This document shows positions 1 through 10,101 of a stretch of 64,000 nucleotides of DNA, one piece after another. Position 1 is the stretch's first letter, and every line of letters starts with the position of its first letter. The notes under the pieces are model-generated. The model did no database searches and was not told the DNA's origin. It was given only the letters and a program-made list of their open reading frames with translations. The DNA comes from Minisyncoccota bacterium (GTDB lineage Bacteria > Patescibacteriota > Minisyncoccia > Phycocordibacterales > Phycocordibacteraceae). The stretch lies in contig DASWXP010000002.1 in NCBI GenBank assembly GCA_036405415.1, positions 272,351 to 336,350 on the forward strand, read 5' to 3'. The translations under genes were made by a program, and so were the position numbers.

Positions 1-76
1 TTTGTCAGCATTTGCATGCTGATTTTGTACTTGTATGATAAGGCCACGTTATTAGGGGACCCGTTAACAGCTCCAT

Positions 77-1381
77 ATGTCAAAGCGTGTTGAACCAGAA
101 GTCGAGACCTTCGCCCGCATCCGCGTGGTAGGTGTCGGTGGCTCCGGCGGAAATGCCGTGAACCACATGGTGAATTCCAAGGTTAAGGGCGTGGAATTCA
201 TCTCCGTGAACTCCGATGCCCAGGACCTCCACCGCTCGCTCGCCAAGCGCAAGATCCACATCGGCAAGAACCTTACTCGCGGTCTCGGCACCGGTATGAA
301 TCCGGAGCTTGGTAAGCGCGCAGCAGAAGAGACTCGTCAAGAGATCCAGGAGGCGCTCCAGGGTTCCGACATGGTCTTCATCACCTGCGGCATGGGCGGC
401 GGCACCGGCACCGGAGCCGCGCCGGTGGTTGCACGGATTGCTAAGGAAGTGGGCGCGCTCACCGTCGGCGTCGTGACCCGTCCGTTCACGTTCGAGGGTC
501 TTCACCGCAAGGAGCTCGCGGAGCGCGGTCTCCACGATCTCAAGAAGGAAGTGGACGCGTTCATCGTGATCCCGAACGATAAGCTTCTCGCGATCGTCGA
601 GGCGCAGACGTCCGCGAAGAACGCATTCTCCATGGCCGACGAGATCCTCCGCCAGGCGGTCGAGGGCGTCTCTGACATCATCACCACCCCGGGCGAGATC
701 AACACCGACTTCAACGACATCAAGGCCATCATGGAAGGCGCAGGTCCCGCGCTCATGGGCATCGGTATCGCAGAGGGAGACCGCCGCGCGCAGGACGCAG
801 CGGCACAGGCCGTCAATTCCCCGCTCCTCGACGTTTCCATCACGGGAGCCAAGGGCGTGCTCTTCGTGGTCGCAGGTGCCGAGGATCTCGGTATCCTCGA
901 GGTCCAGGAGGCGGCGAAGGTGGTTTCCGATTCCGTGGATCCTTCCGCGAAGGTCATCTTCGGTATCATGCGCGACGAGAAGCTCAAGAAGGGCCAGGTC
1001 CGCATCATCGTCATCGCTACCGGCTTCCCGGAGGGCGAGAGCGCGCATAGCCAGGGAGGTATCGAGCGTTCCCTCTTTGCGATGGCTCCTGTCGAGCAAG
1101 AAGAGGTGCGCGGCAAGATCTACAACGAAGCCGTAGCGCAGCCGCGTCCTGAGCCAACGCCTGCTCCCGAGCCGGCTCCGGCACCTGAACCAGCTCCCGC
1201 ACCGGCATCAAAGCCGCTCATGGAGCGCCGCCGCGAGGAGCCGGTCGTGACCGCGCAGCCCAAGCCGCGTGAGGAGGCGACCATGAAGACCGTAGTCCCG
1301 CCGTCAGCGCAGAACCAGCCTGATGACGAGGACGAGGCATGGGGCGCGATCCCGAGCTTCCTCCGCCGCCACAAGAAGTAG
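77..1381 (+). CDS. ftsZ: Cell division protein FtsZ
   Basis: GGGTGTG tubulin signature; N-terminal [15 protein letters not shown]; Pro/Ala/Glu linker; C-terminal IPSFLRR core. Confidence 0.99.
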   Translation: MSKRVEPEVETFARIRVVGVGGSGGNAVNHMVNSKVKGVEFISVNSDAQDLHRSLAKRKIHIGKNLTRGLGTGMNPELGKRAAEETRQEIQEALQGSDMVFITCGMGGGTGTGAAPVVARIAKEVGALTVGVVTRPFTFEGLHRKELAERGLHDLKKEVDAFIVIPNDKLLAIVEAQTSAKNAFSMADEILRQAVEGVSDIITTPGEINTDFNDIKAIMEGAGPALMGIGIAEGDRRAQDAAAQAVNSPLLDVSITGAKGVLFVVAGAEDLGILEVQEAAKVVSDSVDPSAKVIFGIMRDEKLKKGQVRIIVIATGFPEGESAHSQGGIERSLFAMAPVEQEEVRGKIYNEAVAQPRPEPTPAPEPAPAPEPAPAPASKPLMERRREEPVVTAQPKPREEATMKTVVPPSAQNQPDDEDEAWGAIPSFLRRHKK

Positions 1382-1390
1382 CGCACGCAG

Positions 1391-1422
1391 AAATCCCCGG
1401 GACACCTCGTCCCGGGGATTTT
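1391..1422 (+). terminator. Intrinsic terminator after ftsZ (CCCCGGGAC family)
   Basis: AAATCCCCGGGAC-acctc-GTCCCGGGGATTTT. Confidence 0.8.
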
Positions 1423-1436
1423 GCTATACTGCCCTC

Positions 1437-2360
1437 ATGCACGACCTCATCATCATCGGCGGCGGACCAGCGGGCGTCGCCGCTGGCGTCTACGCCTCCC
1501 GCAAGCGCCTCAAGTCCGTCCTCGTCGCCGAAGAGATCGGCGGACAGAGCACCGTCTCAGACGGCATCGAGAACTGGATCGGAACCGTGCGTATCGCGGG
1601 CGAGGACCTCAAGAAGTCCTTCAGGGAGCACCTAGAGGCCTACAGGGGCGACGTACTCGACGTTATCGAAGGAGACCGCGTCGAAAGCCTTACGCGTACG
1701 GGAGAGGGCTTTACGGCCACTACGCGCGATGGCAAATCCTTTACCGCGCGCGCGGTGCTTATCGCGTCTGGCGCGAGCCGCAAGAAGCTTCTCGTACCAG
1801 GCGCGGACAAGTTCGAGAACATGGGCGTCACGTACTGCGCGAGCTGCGACGGCCCCCTCTTCTCCGATATGGATGTTGCGGTCGTAGGCGGCGGGAACGC
1901 AGGCCTTGAGACCGCGGCGCAGCTCCTTGCCTACGCGAAGTCCGTCACCCTCATACATCGCCATCCGGCATTCAAGGGCGAAGCGATCACCGTCGAGAAG
2001 ATCCTTACGCATCCGAACCTAAAGACCGTCATGAACGCGGAGCCGACCGAGGTGCTCGGCGAGAAGTTCGTCTCAGGACTCATCGTCAAGGATCGCACCT
2101 CGGGCGAAGAGACCACCCTTCCCGTTACGGGCGTGTTCGTCGAGATCGGCGTCATCCCGAACACCGGGTTCGCGAAGGATCTCGTGGAGCTCGACGAGGT
2201 GGGTCGCGTCGTAACCAACGCGCGCGACCAGCACACCTCTGTCGAAGGAGTCTGGGCCGCCGGAGACTGTACGGACGAGCTCTATCACCAGAACAACATC
2301 GCGGCAGGAGACGCCGTGAAAGCGCTCGAGGATATCTATCAGTGGCTCGCGAGGAGATAA
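1437..2360 (+). CDS. trxB: Thioredoxin reductase / AhpF-like FAD-dependent oxidoreductase
   Basis: IIGGGPAG FAD motif, CASCD redox motif, VVGGGNAG NADPH motif, AAGD; start placed 6 nt after TGCTATACT. Confidence 0.9.
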   Translation: MHDLIIIGGGPAGVAAGVYASRKRLKSVLVAEEIGGQSTVSDGIENWIGTVRIAGEDLKKSFREHLEAYRGDVLDVIEGDRVESLTRTGEGFTATTRDGKSFTARAVLIASGASRKKLLVPGADKFENMGVTYCASCDGPLFSDMDVAVVGGGNAGLETAAQLLAYAKSVTLIHRHPAFKGEAITVEKILTHPNLKTVMNAEPTEVLGEKFVSGLIVKDRTSGEETTLPVTGVFVEIGVIPNTGFAKDLVELDEVGRVVTNARDQHTSVEGVWAAGDCTDELYHQNNIAAGDAVKALEDIYQWLARR

Positions 2361-2396
2361 GGAAAAAGCCGCATCAATCGATGCGGCTTTTTCCTT
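2359..2396. terminator. Bidirectional intrinsic terminator
   Basis: AAGGAAAAAGCCGCATC-aatc-GATGCGGCTTTTTCCTT between convergent genes. Confidence 0.85.
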
Positions 2397-2409
2397 TGGT
2401 GCGAGGGGC

Positions 2410-2541
2410 TTATGCAGCCTCCTCTGCGCCAGTCTCCTCAGGAGCAGCCTCAGCTGCACCCTCGTCCATACCCTCCTCAGGCATCATCGGAGCTGCCTCC
2501 TCTGCGCCATCCTGTGGCTGGTCCATCTCAAGTTCATCCAT
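2410..2541 (-). CDS. 43-aa highly acidic microprotein (not in ORF track)
   Basis: Hand translation MDELEMDQPQDGAEEAAPMMPEEGMDEGAAEAAPEETGAEEAA*; upstream TGgTAAAAT; downstream terminator. Confidence 0.7.
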   Translation of the reverse strand: MDELEMDQPQDGAEEAAPMMPEEGMDEGAAEAAPEETGAEEAA

Positions 2542-2664
2542 GTGTGTTGGAGAACGGCTCTATTCTTCGCAGAGCGAAAAATACAGCCATCCAAAGTTAA
2601 TTGGCTGGCAATTCGACCAACCCCTGAATTTTACCAAGCAGCCCTCTGAAAAGGAAATGAAGGG

Positions 2665-3882
2665 TTATCCCCTCTTCCTAGGCTCATTCATGTCCCAGAT
2701 GAGCGCGGCCACGTTGCGCGGCTTCCCTTCGAACGGGAGGTGATGGTTGTCGAAGAACGGCATGGAATTGCATTCGAGGATGCCGAGGCGCTCCTGCTCC
2801 TTCCATGAGCGCGTGATATCAGGGATGATGAAGTCGATGCCTACGATAGGTGCCTTGAGGACGCGGGCTGTCTCCTCGAAGAGTGCGATGTTGTCTTCAT
2901 GCACCTCGTCGGTAACGTCGCAGGTCGTTCCGCCAACGCTCCAGTTTATCTTCTGATGGAGGATCGCCTTCTCTCCTTCGGGAAGCACGCCCTCAAACGT
3001 GTAGCCCTGCCAGGCAAGCTCTTCCTTTGCCGCGTCGTCGAGCTTCATGTGGTGGAAGTACGGGCCCTGACGTCCCGGATGCTTATTGGCTTCCTCGACG
3101 AGTTCCGCGATGGTGCGCTTCCCGTCTCCGATCACGTGTGGCTGGTCTCTGCGAAGCGCTGCCGCAAACTTCCCGTCCACAACCGTCGCGCGGTATACGG
3201 GACCATCCAGTTCTTCTTCGATAACGACGGTTGGTGCTACCTGCTTCGCGACCTTAAACGCGCGTTCAAGCTCTTCTTCGGTATCGATATGGAGGATGGT
3301 GTGGCGCGACGCGGATCCAGATGATGGCTTTGCGATAACCGGGGGCGTGAGCGTCTGATAGAGCTTCTTTGCTGCGCTGAGAGTAGACACAGCGCCGCCC
3401 TTCGCAACCGGAAGGCCGAGCTTTCTAAACTTCTCCTTAAGGACGGCCTTGTCGTCCATCCATGGCACGCGCGCGAGGTCCGCGTCTCCAGGGATTGGGA
3501 TGCCTTCATAGGCGATCTTCCTGCCGTCCGGGTATGTAGCCACGAAGATGTTGCGCGGCAGGTTGAAGAGACGGAACTCGGACACGGACATGCCGCGCTC
3601 CTTGGCTTCGTTCCAGAGCATGAGCGCAAGCAGCTGCGTGTCGTCGTCGGGTTCCATGACGCGCGTCGCCCACCCCAGATTCATCATTCCCTCAAGAAGA
3701 TGCGGCGTTATCTTTCGCTCAATTGCGTACACGATGCCTGCGAATCCGCGTAGGAACGTGCTCGGGCGCGTAAGCGGCTTCATGAGGTCGTCTATCACGA
3801 TACTCACGTACGTGACGCCATGGAAAATGGCGCCGTCGCCGCAGTCCTTGCAAGGCTTAGGGGTTGGGAGCGAAAGAGCCAT
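2665..3882 (-). CDS. ATP-grasp ligase, cyanophycin synthetase/GshF-like ATP-grasp domain
   Basis: DDKAVLK, PVIAKP, VIGDGKRTIAELVEEAN, GIDFI, LECNSMP motifs. Confidence 0.75.
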   Translation of the reverse strand: MALSLPTPKPCKDCGDGAIFHGVTYVSIVIDDLMKPLTRPSTFLRGFAGIVYAIERKITPHLLEGMMNLGWATRVMEPDDDTQLLALMLWNEAKERGMSVSEFRLFNLPRNIFVATYPDGRKIAYEGIPIPGDADLARVPWMDDKAVLKEKFRKLGLPVAKGGAVSTLSAAKKLYQTLTPPVIAKPSSGSASRHTILHIDTEEELERAFKVAKQVAPTVVIEEELDGPVYRATVVDGKFAAALRRDQPHVIGDGKRTIAELVEEANKHPGRQGPYFHHMKLDDAAKEELAWQGYTFEGVLPEGEKAILHQKINWSVGGTTCDVTDEVHEDNIALFEETARVLKAPIVGIDFIIPDITRSWKEQERLGILECNSMPFFDNHHLPFEGKPRNVAALIWDMNEPRKRG

Positions 3883-3889
3883 ACGTGTT

Positions 3890-3979
3890 TGGCGGAGAGG
3901 GGGAGATTCGAACTCCCGGTACAGTTTCCCGTACGCCGCATTTCGAGTGCGGTGCCTTCGACCACTCAGCCACCTCTCC
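3890..3979 (-). tRNA. tRNA-Ser(CGA)
   Basis: GGAGAGG acceptor, CCGCA-CTCGAAA-TGCGG anticodon arm, long variable arm, GTTCGAATC, CCA. Confidence 0.96.
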
Positions 3980-4052
3980 TAAAGGTTAGAAGTCGAGAAC
4001 TCACGCATCCTAGCATTTCTGGCCTCAAAAATGTAGGATTGTCTGTACATAC

Positions 4053-4127
4053 GGCCCTATCGTCTAACGGCTAGGACAGCGCCCTTTCACGGCGTAAATC
4101 GGGGTTCGATTCCCCGTAGGGTCACCA
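4053..4127 (+). tRNA. tRNA-Glu(TTC)
   Basis: GGCCCTA acceptor, GCGCC-CTTTCAC-GGCGT, GTTCGATTC, CCA. Confidence 0.96.
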
Positions 4128-4166
4128 AAAATTCAGGAAAGGATGCTAGTATCGTCCGATACCGTC

Positions 4167-5492
4167 ATGAAAGCTTTCTATGCCATCCTCGCGAACACGC
4201 TTGTCTCGTCCATAACCAACTTTACGGTCTGGTTCGCGATCACCTTCTGGATATACCTTGAGACCGAGTCAGTGTTCGCGACCGGCATGCTCGCGGGCAT
4301 CTACCTCGTGCTTACCGCAGGGACCGGCTTCTGGTTCGGAAGCATCGTGGACCATAACCGCAAGAAGCACGTGATGCTCGCGTCGAGCGTTATCTCGTTC
4401 GCTCTCTATGGGATCGCATTCCTCCTGTTCCAGTCCGTACCCGAATCCGTATTCGCTGACGTTTCAGGCGTACCGCTGTGGGCGTTCGTCCTTCTCATGA
4501 TGATCGGCGTATGTGCAGGCAACCTCCGTACCATCGCGCTCCCGACGCTCGTTACGCTCCTTATTCCTGAAGACAGGCGCGACAAGGCGAACGGGCTCGT
4601 AGGCATGACGACCGGCATCGGATTCCTTGTCACGTCGATGATCAGCGGGTTCCTCGTTGCCTGGGGCGGTATGTTCTACGTGATCGTGTTCGCGCTTTCT
4701 CTCACTGCGCTCGCCTTCCTGCACCTCACGCTCGTAGCCGTGGACGAGACCCGCGCAAGCGAGGACCCGGAGGCACCTAACGAACCGAAGCGCATCGATA
4801 TCAAGGGCACGGTCCGCGTGATACGCGGAGTGCCTGGTCTCATGGCGCTCATCCTGTTCGCTACTTTCAACAACTTCCTCGGCGGCATCTTCATGGCGCT
4901 CATGGATGCGTACGGCCTCTCACTGGTATCGGTACAAACCTGGGGCGTGCTCATCGGCGTGCTCTCGACCGCCTTCATCCTCTCGGGGATCATCATCGCG
5001 AAGACCGGACTCGGCAAGAATCCGCTCCGAACCCTCCTTACGGTTAACGTGATCACCTGGACCGTCTGCATGTTCTTCACCATTCAGTCCTCGATAATCC
5101 TGCTTGCGATCGGCTTCTTCATCTGGATGCTTCTGGGCCCGTACGCCGAAGCCGCAGAGCATACGACGCTCCAGAAGGTGGTGCCGTTCGAGCGCCAGGG
5201 CCGCGTGTTCGGGTTTGCGCAGAGCGTGGAGCAGGCTGCGTCGCCTTTGACCGCGTTCCTTATCGGTCCCCTGGCCCAGTTCGTGTTCATCCCGTTCATG
5301 ACTACCGGACTCGGAGCGGCAGCCATTGGCAGCTGGTTCGGCACGGGGCCTGAGCGCGGCATAGCGCTCGTGTTCACAGTTGCCGGAGCGCTCGGGCTCT
5401 TCATGACGATCCTCGCCTTCAACTCGAAGTACTACCGCCAGCTCTCCACGAGGTATCAGGAGTCTTCTCAAGCAGTTCCGGAGGCGGCTTGA
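4167..5492 (+). CDS. MFS transporter (DHA3/macrolide-efflux-like)
   Basis: ~12 hydrophobic segments, GSIVDHNRKK motif A-like, QGRVFG. Confidence 0.88.
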   Translation: MKAFYAILANTLVSSITNFTVWFAITFWIYLETESVFATGMLAGIYLVLTAGTGFWFGSIVDHNRKKHVMLASSVISFALYGIAFLLFQSVPESVFADVSGVPLWAFVLLMMIGVCAGNLRTIALPTLVTLLIPEDRRDKANGLVGMTTGIGFLVTSMISGFLVAWGGMFYVIVFALSLTALAFLHLTLVAVDETRASEDPEAPNEPKRIDIKGTVRVIRGVPGLMALILFATFNNFLGGIFMALMDAYGLSLVSVQTWGVLIGVLSTAFILSGIIIAKTGLGKNPLRTLLTVNVITWTVCMFFTIQSSIILLAIGFFIWMLLGPYAEAAEHTTLQKVVPFERQGRVFGFAQSVEQAASPLTAFLIGPLAQFVFIPFMTTGLGAAAIGSWFGTGPERGIALVFTVAGALGLFMTILAFNSKYYRQLSTRYQESSQAVPEAA

Positions 5493-5525
5493 ACCCTGTC
5501 CCCTGATGCGGTATCGTGCGAGCAC

Positions 5526-5601
5526 GCGCGGTTAGCTCAGTTGGTAGAGCGCGTCATTGACGTTGACGATGTCGGGGGTTCGAATCCCTCACCGCGCACC
5601 A
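5526..5601 (+). tRNA. tRNA-Val(GAC)
   Basis: GCGCGGT acceptor, CGTCA-TTGACGT-TGACG, GTTCGAATC, CCA. Confidence 0.96.
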
Positions 5602-5682
5602 AGAATGGAAATGGCTCGCATGTGCATGCGGGCCATTTCCCATATTAGGCGGTGCTAGCATGAATACTGGAAGGAGAAAGAG

Positions 5683-5823
5683 ATGCTGAAGCCTGAATGG
5701 TTCAACCGAATTCCGGAGGTCGACCTACACCCGCTCCACATAATGGCAGGCTGCCTTGTTATCGCAGCTGCAGGTTGGGCGTGGTGCCAGATATTCCCAA
5801 CGAATTCAGGAGGCCGCCGCTGA
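5683..5823 (+). CDS. 46-aa single-TM microprotein with strong SD (not in ORF track)
   Basis: AAGGAG 6 nt before ATG; MLKPEWFNRIPEVDLHPLHIMAGCLVIAAAGWAWCQIFPTNSGGRR*; TGcTAGCAT upstream; GAGGCCGCC hairpin over the stop. Confidence 0.55.
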   Translation: MLKPEWFNRIPEVDLHPLHIMAGCLVIAAAGWAWCQIFPTNSGGRR

Positions 5824-5865
5824 GGCGGCCTCGCACTAGATATCCAAATGCGCTATAACGGACCC

Positions 5866-6732
5866 ATGAACCGGACTATCGTCTTTTACCATGGCAGCTG
5901 CCCGGACGGCTTCGGCGGCGCGTACGCAGCCTGGAAGAAGTTTAAAGACTCTGCGGAATACATACCGCTTTCCCGGTCTGAAGACGCGCTTCCGGACGTC
6001 TCTGGAGCCGACGTGTACTTCATCGACTTCGTATACGAGAAGGAGCGTATGGATGCGATCGCAGCTGAGGCGAATAGCCTCATCGCGCTCGACCACCACG
6101 AAGGCGTCCGCGACGTAACTGAATCGCTTCCGGGTTCCGTCTTCGACAACGACCGCTCAGGCGCCTCTATCGCCTGGAACTACTTCCATCCGGACGCTCC
6201 CCTTCCGAAGCTCCTCTCGTACGTCGAGGACGACGACCTATTCCGCTTCGCGCTTGCTGATACCCGTGCCGTCCTCTCATACATAGCCATCCGCCCATAC
6301 ACGTTCGAAGCGTGGGACGAGCTTGCAGCAACGCTCGAGAATTCTGAAGAAGCTGGAGCGTTCCTTATGAAGGTACGCACCTACGCGGAGTACTTCGAGC
6401 TCCTTGCCGCGTATGCGGTCGAGCATGCCAAGCTCATCGACTTCGAAGGACATCGCGTCTACTTCGCAACCGCGCACCCGTTCAAGCCGATGAAGTCGCT
6501 CGTCGGGAACCTGCTCGCGAAGAAGCGTGGGCCGTTCTCCCTAGTAGTGGCAGCGCACCCCAACGGGTACGGCGTCTCCATCCGCGGAGACGGCACCATC
6601 GACGTGTCAGAGATCGCGCGCAAGTATGGCGGCAACGGACATAAGAGTTCGTCAGGGTTCCTCATCCCGGCCGGCGGCCCGATGCCCTGGACGCTCGTAG
6701 AAGACGATGACGATTCTCTCAATCGAGACTAG
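5866..6732 (+). CDS. DHH/DHHA1 phosphoesterase (NrnB-like)
   Basis: YHxxCPDG, IDF, LDHH, GGNGH motifs. Confidence 0.88.
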   Translation: MNRTIVFYHGSCPDGFGGAYAAWKKFKDSAEYIPLSRSEDALPDVSGADVYFIDFVYEKERMDAIAAEANSLIALDHHEGVRDVTESLPGSVFDNDRSGASIAWNYFHPDAPLPKLLSYVEDDDLFRFALADTRAVLSYIAIRPYTFEAWDELAATLENSEEAGAFLMKVRTYAEYFELLAAYAVEHAKLIDFEGHRVYFATAHPFKPMKSLVGNLLAKKRGPFSLVVAAHPNGYGVSIRGDGTIDVSEIARKYGGNGHKSSSGFLIPAGGPMPWTLVEDDDDSLNRD

Positions 6733-7888
6733 CTGCGACGAGACCGCCATAACGGTCCTCGAAGCGTCAGGCGATGAGCATGCCGCGGAATTTCGCATCC
6801 TCGGGAACGCGCTCCTTTCCCAGATCGACATACACCGCGAGTTCGGTGGCGTGTACCCTGCAGTCGCAAAGCGTGAGCACGCGAAGAACCTCGTGCCGAT
6901 ACTTGCCGCTTCGCTTGAGGAAGCAGGCATGCTTAGAGAAGCATCCGCAGACATTCCGGAAGAGCTCCGTACAGAGCTCGCGTCAATCCTTGAGCGCGAG
7001 CCGGGATTGAGCGATGCGCTTCTCGCGTTCCTTGGTGCGTACGGTGTCCCGGATATCGATGCGATCGCCGTGACGCACGGCCCGGGACTTGAGCCTGCGC
7101 TCTGGGTTGGCGTTAATTTCGCCAAGGCGCTTTCCATCGCCTGGCAGAAGCCGGTTACCGGTATCAATCACATGGAAGGACATCTCCTCTCTGCGCTAGC
7201 CGTGGCGAGCGAGGACGATGCGTCGCGCTTCTCTATCGCGGATACCGAGCTTCCCGTGCTCGCGCTTCTCATCTCCGGAGGACACACCGAGCTCGTATCG
7301 ATGGATTCCTGGCTTTCTTATAAGCTCATAGGGCGCACCCGGGATGACGCGGTGGGAGAAGCGTTCGACAAGGTAGCGCGCATGCTCGGGCTTCCGTATC
7401 CGGGAGGGCCCGAAGTCTCGAAACTCGCGGAAGCTGCCAGAGATCGGAACAACTCGGAACAACCCCAGCTTCCGCGTCCCATGCTCGGAGACGGGACCTG
7501 CGACTTCTCGTTCTCGGGACTCAAGACCGCGGTCCTCTATCTCGTCAAGGGGCGCGAGCTTTCGGAGAAGGATAAGGAAGAAGTGGCACATGCGTTCGAG
7601 GACGCCGTGGGAGACGTACTCTTCGGCAAGGCGTCGCGTGCGCTCGTTCAGACCCGCGCAAAGACGCTCGTGCTTGGAGGCGGCGTGTCTGCGAACACGC
7701 ACGTGAAGCGCGTCTTTGCTGAGCGCATGACCAAGGAGCACCCGGAGGTTGCTCTCAGGATCCCCGCGTTCAGGTTCACAACCGACAACGCCATCATGAT
7801 AGGCATCGCGGGATACTATCGCGCGCTCAGGCAGGATTTCCTTGATCCCCATACCCTTCGCGCTGACGGGAACCTCTCGCTTACTTAG
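6707..7888 (+). CDS. tsaD: tRNA threonylcarbamoyladenosine transferase TsaD
   Basis: IETSCDET, HMEGH, SGGHT, DDAVGEAFDK, TDNAIMI. Confidence 0.97.
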   Translation: MTILSIETSCDETAITVLEASGDEHAAEFRILGNALLSQIDIHREFGGVYPAVAKREHAKNLVPILAASLEEAGMLREASADIPEELRTELASILEREPGLSDALLAFLGAYGVPDIDAIAVTHGPGLEPALWVGVNFAKALSIAWQKPVTGINHMEGHLLSALAVASEDDASRFSIADTELPVLALLISGGHTELVSMDSWLSYKLIGRTRDDAVGEAFDKVARMLGLPYPGGPEVSKLAEAARDRNNSEQPQLPRPMLGDGTCDFSFSGLKTAVLYLVKGRELSEKDKEEVAHAFEDAVGDVLFGKASRALVQTRAKTLVLGGGVSANTHVKRVFAERMTKEHPEVALRIPAFRFTTDNAIMIGIAGYYRALRQDFLDPHTLRADGNLSLT

Positions 7889-7940
7889 CTCCAAGGAACG
7901 GTACTGAAAAGTGCCGTTCTTTGCTATATTCGACCTATAT

Positions 7941-10091
7941 ATGGACGACAAATTCCTTAAGCCCTACGACCCTCTGGAGACCGAGCCCCGGATATACCAG
8001 GAATGGGAGGAGAGCGGGTACTTCAACCCTGACCGGATGATCGCGGACGGCCTGACCGACAAGGATGCCGAGGCGTTCAGCATCATCCTGCCGCCCCCGA
8101 ACGTCACAGGACGCCTTCATATGGGTCACGCGCTCATGCTTGCGGTTGAGGACGTGTTCGTCCGGGCAAAGCGCATGCAGGGATACCGGACGCTCTGGAT
8201 CCCCGGCACGGACCATGCGGCAATCGCTACGCAGTCCGTGGTTGAGAAAGAAGTGTCGAAGAAGGAAGGCAAGAGCCGCTACGACCTCGGACGCGAGGAG
8301 CTGCTTCGTCGCATCGAGACGTTCGCGAGCGAGAGCCATGACACGATCGTAGGACAGGTGAAGACGATGGGGGCGTCCCTCGACTGGTCGCGCGAAGCCT
8401 TCACGCTTGATGAGACCCGCACCCGCGCCGTGCGCGAGGTATTCAAGCGCATGTACGACGCAGGGCTCATCTATCGCGGCAACCGCATCGTGAACTGGGA
8501 CCCGAAGGGACAGACCACGATCTCTGACGATGAGATTGTGCACGAGGAACGTACCGCAACTCTCTACACGTTCAAGTATGCGAAGGACTTCCCGATTGCC
8601 ATCTCCACCACGCGTCCTGAGACCAAGGTGGGAGACGCCGCGGTCGCAGTGCATCCGGACGACGCGCGCTATAAGGAGTACGTAGGCAAGGAATTCTCCT
8701 TCACCTTCTGCGACGTACCGGTAACGGTACGCGTGGTTGCTGATGCGGAAGTGGATCCTGCGTTCGGTACCGGCGCGCTCGGCGTGACGCCTGCGCATAG
8801 CCAGATCGACTGGGAGATCGCGGATCGCCATGACCTCCCGCGCCCGCAGGTCATCAACGAGTATGCGAAGATGACGGTCGAAGGCCGCCTCTCGGGCAAG
8901 AAGACCGCGGAAGCGCGCGAGATGGTGGTCGCGTGGCTTCGCGAGGAAGGCCTTCTCGAGAAGGAGGAGCAGGTCGCGCAGAACATCTCCACCGCAGAGC
9001 GCACGGGCGGCATCATCGAGCCCTTGCCGAAGCTCCAGTGGTTCATCGACGTGAATAAGGAGATTCCCGGCCGCGGCAAGTCCCTCAAGCAGCTCATGCT
9101 CGAGCCGGTGCGCGACGGACGTATCACGATAGTCCCGGAGCATTTCGATAAGACGTACTTCCACTGGATCGAGAATCTGCGCGACTGGTGCATAAGCCGC
9201 CAGATCTGGTACGGGCACCGCATTCCGGTGTGGTACCAGGGCGAGGAGATGGTCGTTGGCGAAGCGCCCGAAGGAGATGGCTGGACCCAGGACGAGGACA
9301 CGCTCGATACCTGGTTCTCCTCGGGGCTCTGGACCTTCTCCACGCTCGGCTGGCCGGAACAGACCGAAGACCTCAAGACCTATCATCCGACGGCGATCCT
9401 CGAGACCGGATACGACATCCTCTTCTTCTGGGTGGCGCGCATGATCCTCATGACGGGCTTCGCGCTCGACGAAGTGCCGTTTAGGACCATCTACCTGCAC
9501 GGTCTCGTGCGCGACGCGCAGGGACGCAAGATGTCGAAGTCGCTCGGCAACAACATGGATCCGCTCGATATCGCGAGCAGGTTTGGCGCGGACGCAGCGC
9601 GCATGGCGCTCATCGTCGGCAACACGCCTGGAACCGATACGCGCATCAGCGAGGACAAGATCAAGGGCTATAAGAACTTCGCAAACAAGCTCTGGAACAT
9701 CACGCGCTACGTTCTTACGGAGACCGAAGGCGTAGATGAGAACGCGGCGCTCACCGAGCCTGATGCCGCAATTCGCGCGGAACTCGATGCGCTCATCGCG
9801 GACGCAACCAAGGATATCGACGAGTACCGCATCTACATGGCCGCGGACAAGCTCTACCATTACGCGTGGGATCGCCTCGCATCCGAACTCCTCGAAGAGT
9901 CAAAGACAATCTTCCAAAGCGAAGACGAGGCTGCAAAAGTTTCCCGAAAGGCACTTCTTATCTCGCTCTTGCGCGATGTGATTACCACGCTTCATCCGTT
10001 CATGCCATTCGTGACGGAAGAGATATGGAAGAGCATCCGTCCTGCCGACGGACTCCTCATGACGGCAAAGTGGCCGGGAAAGACAGTGTAG
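7941..10091 (+). CDS. valS: Valine--tRNA ligase (short form)
   Basis: PPPNVTGRLHMGH, DWCISRQ, DTWFSS, KMSKS. Confidence 0.97.
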   Translation: MDDKFLKPYDPLETEPRIYQEWEESGYFNPDRMIADGLTDKDAEAFSIILPPPNVTGRLHMGHALMLAVEDVFVRAKRMQGYRTLWIPGTDHAAIATQSVVEKEVSKKEGKSRYDLGREELLRRIETFASESHDTIVGQVKTMGASLDWSREAFTLDETRTRAVREVFKRMYDAGLIYRGNRIVNWDPKGQTTISDDEIVHEERTATLYTFKYAKDFPIAISTTRPETKVGDAAVAVHPDDARYKEYVGKEFSFTFCDVPVTVRVVADAEVDPAFGTGALGVTPAHSQIDWEIADRHDLPRPQVINEYAKMTVEGRLSGKKTAEAREMVVAWLREEGLLEKEEQVAQNISTAERTGGIIEPLPKLQWFIDVNKEIPGRGKSLKQLMLEPVRDGRITIVPEHFDKTYFHWIENLRDWCISRQIWYGHRIPVWYQGEEMVVGEAPEGDGWTQDEDTLDTWFSSGLWTFSTLGWPEQTEDLKTYHPTAILETGYDILFFWVARMILMTGFALDEVPFRTIYLHGLVRDAQGRKMSKSLGNNMDPLDIASRFGADAARMALIVGNTPGTDTRISEDKIKGYKNFANKLWNITRYVLTETEGVDENAALTEPDAAIRAELDALIADATKDIDEYRIYMAADKLYHYAWDRLASELLEESKTIFQSEDEAAKVSRKALLISLLRDVITTLHPFMPFVTEEIWKSIRPADGLLMTAKWPGKTV

Positions 10092-10101
10092 AATACAAGG
10101 G

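Noticed and set aside
1140-1210. PEPAPA repeats in ftsZ
   Set aside because: Ordinary low-complexity FtsZ linker; degenerate at DNA level and not a CRISPR or mobile repeat.
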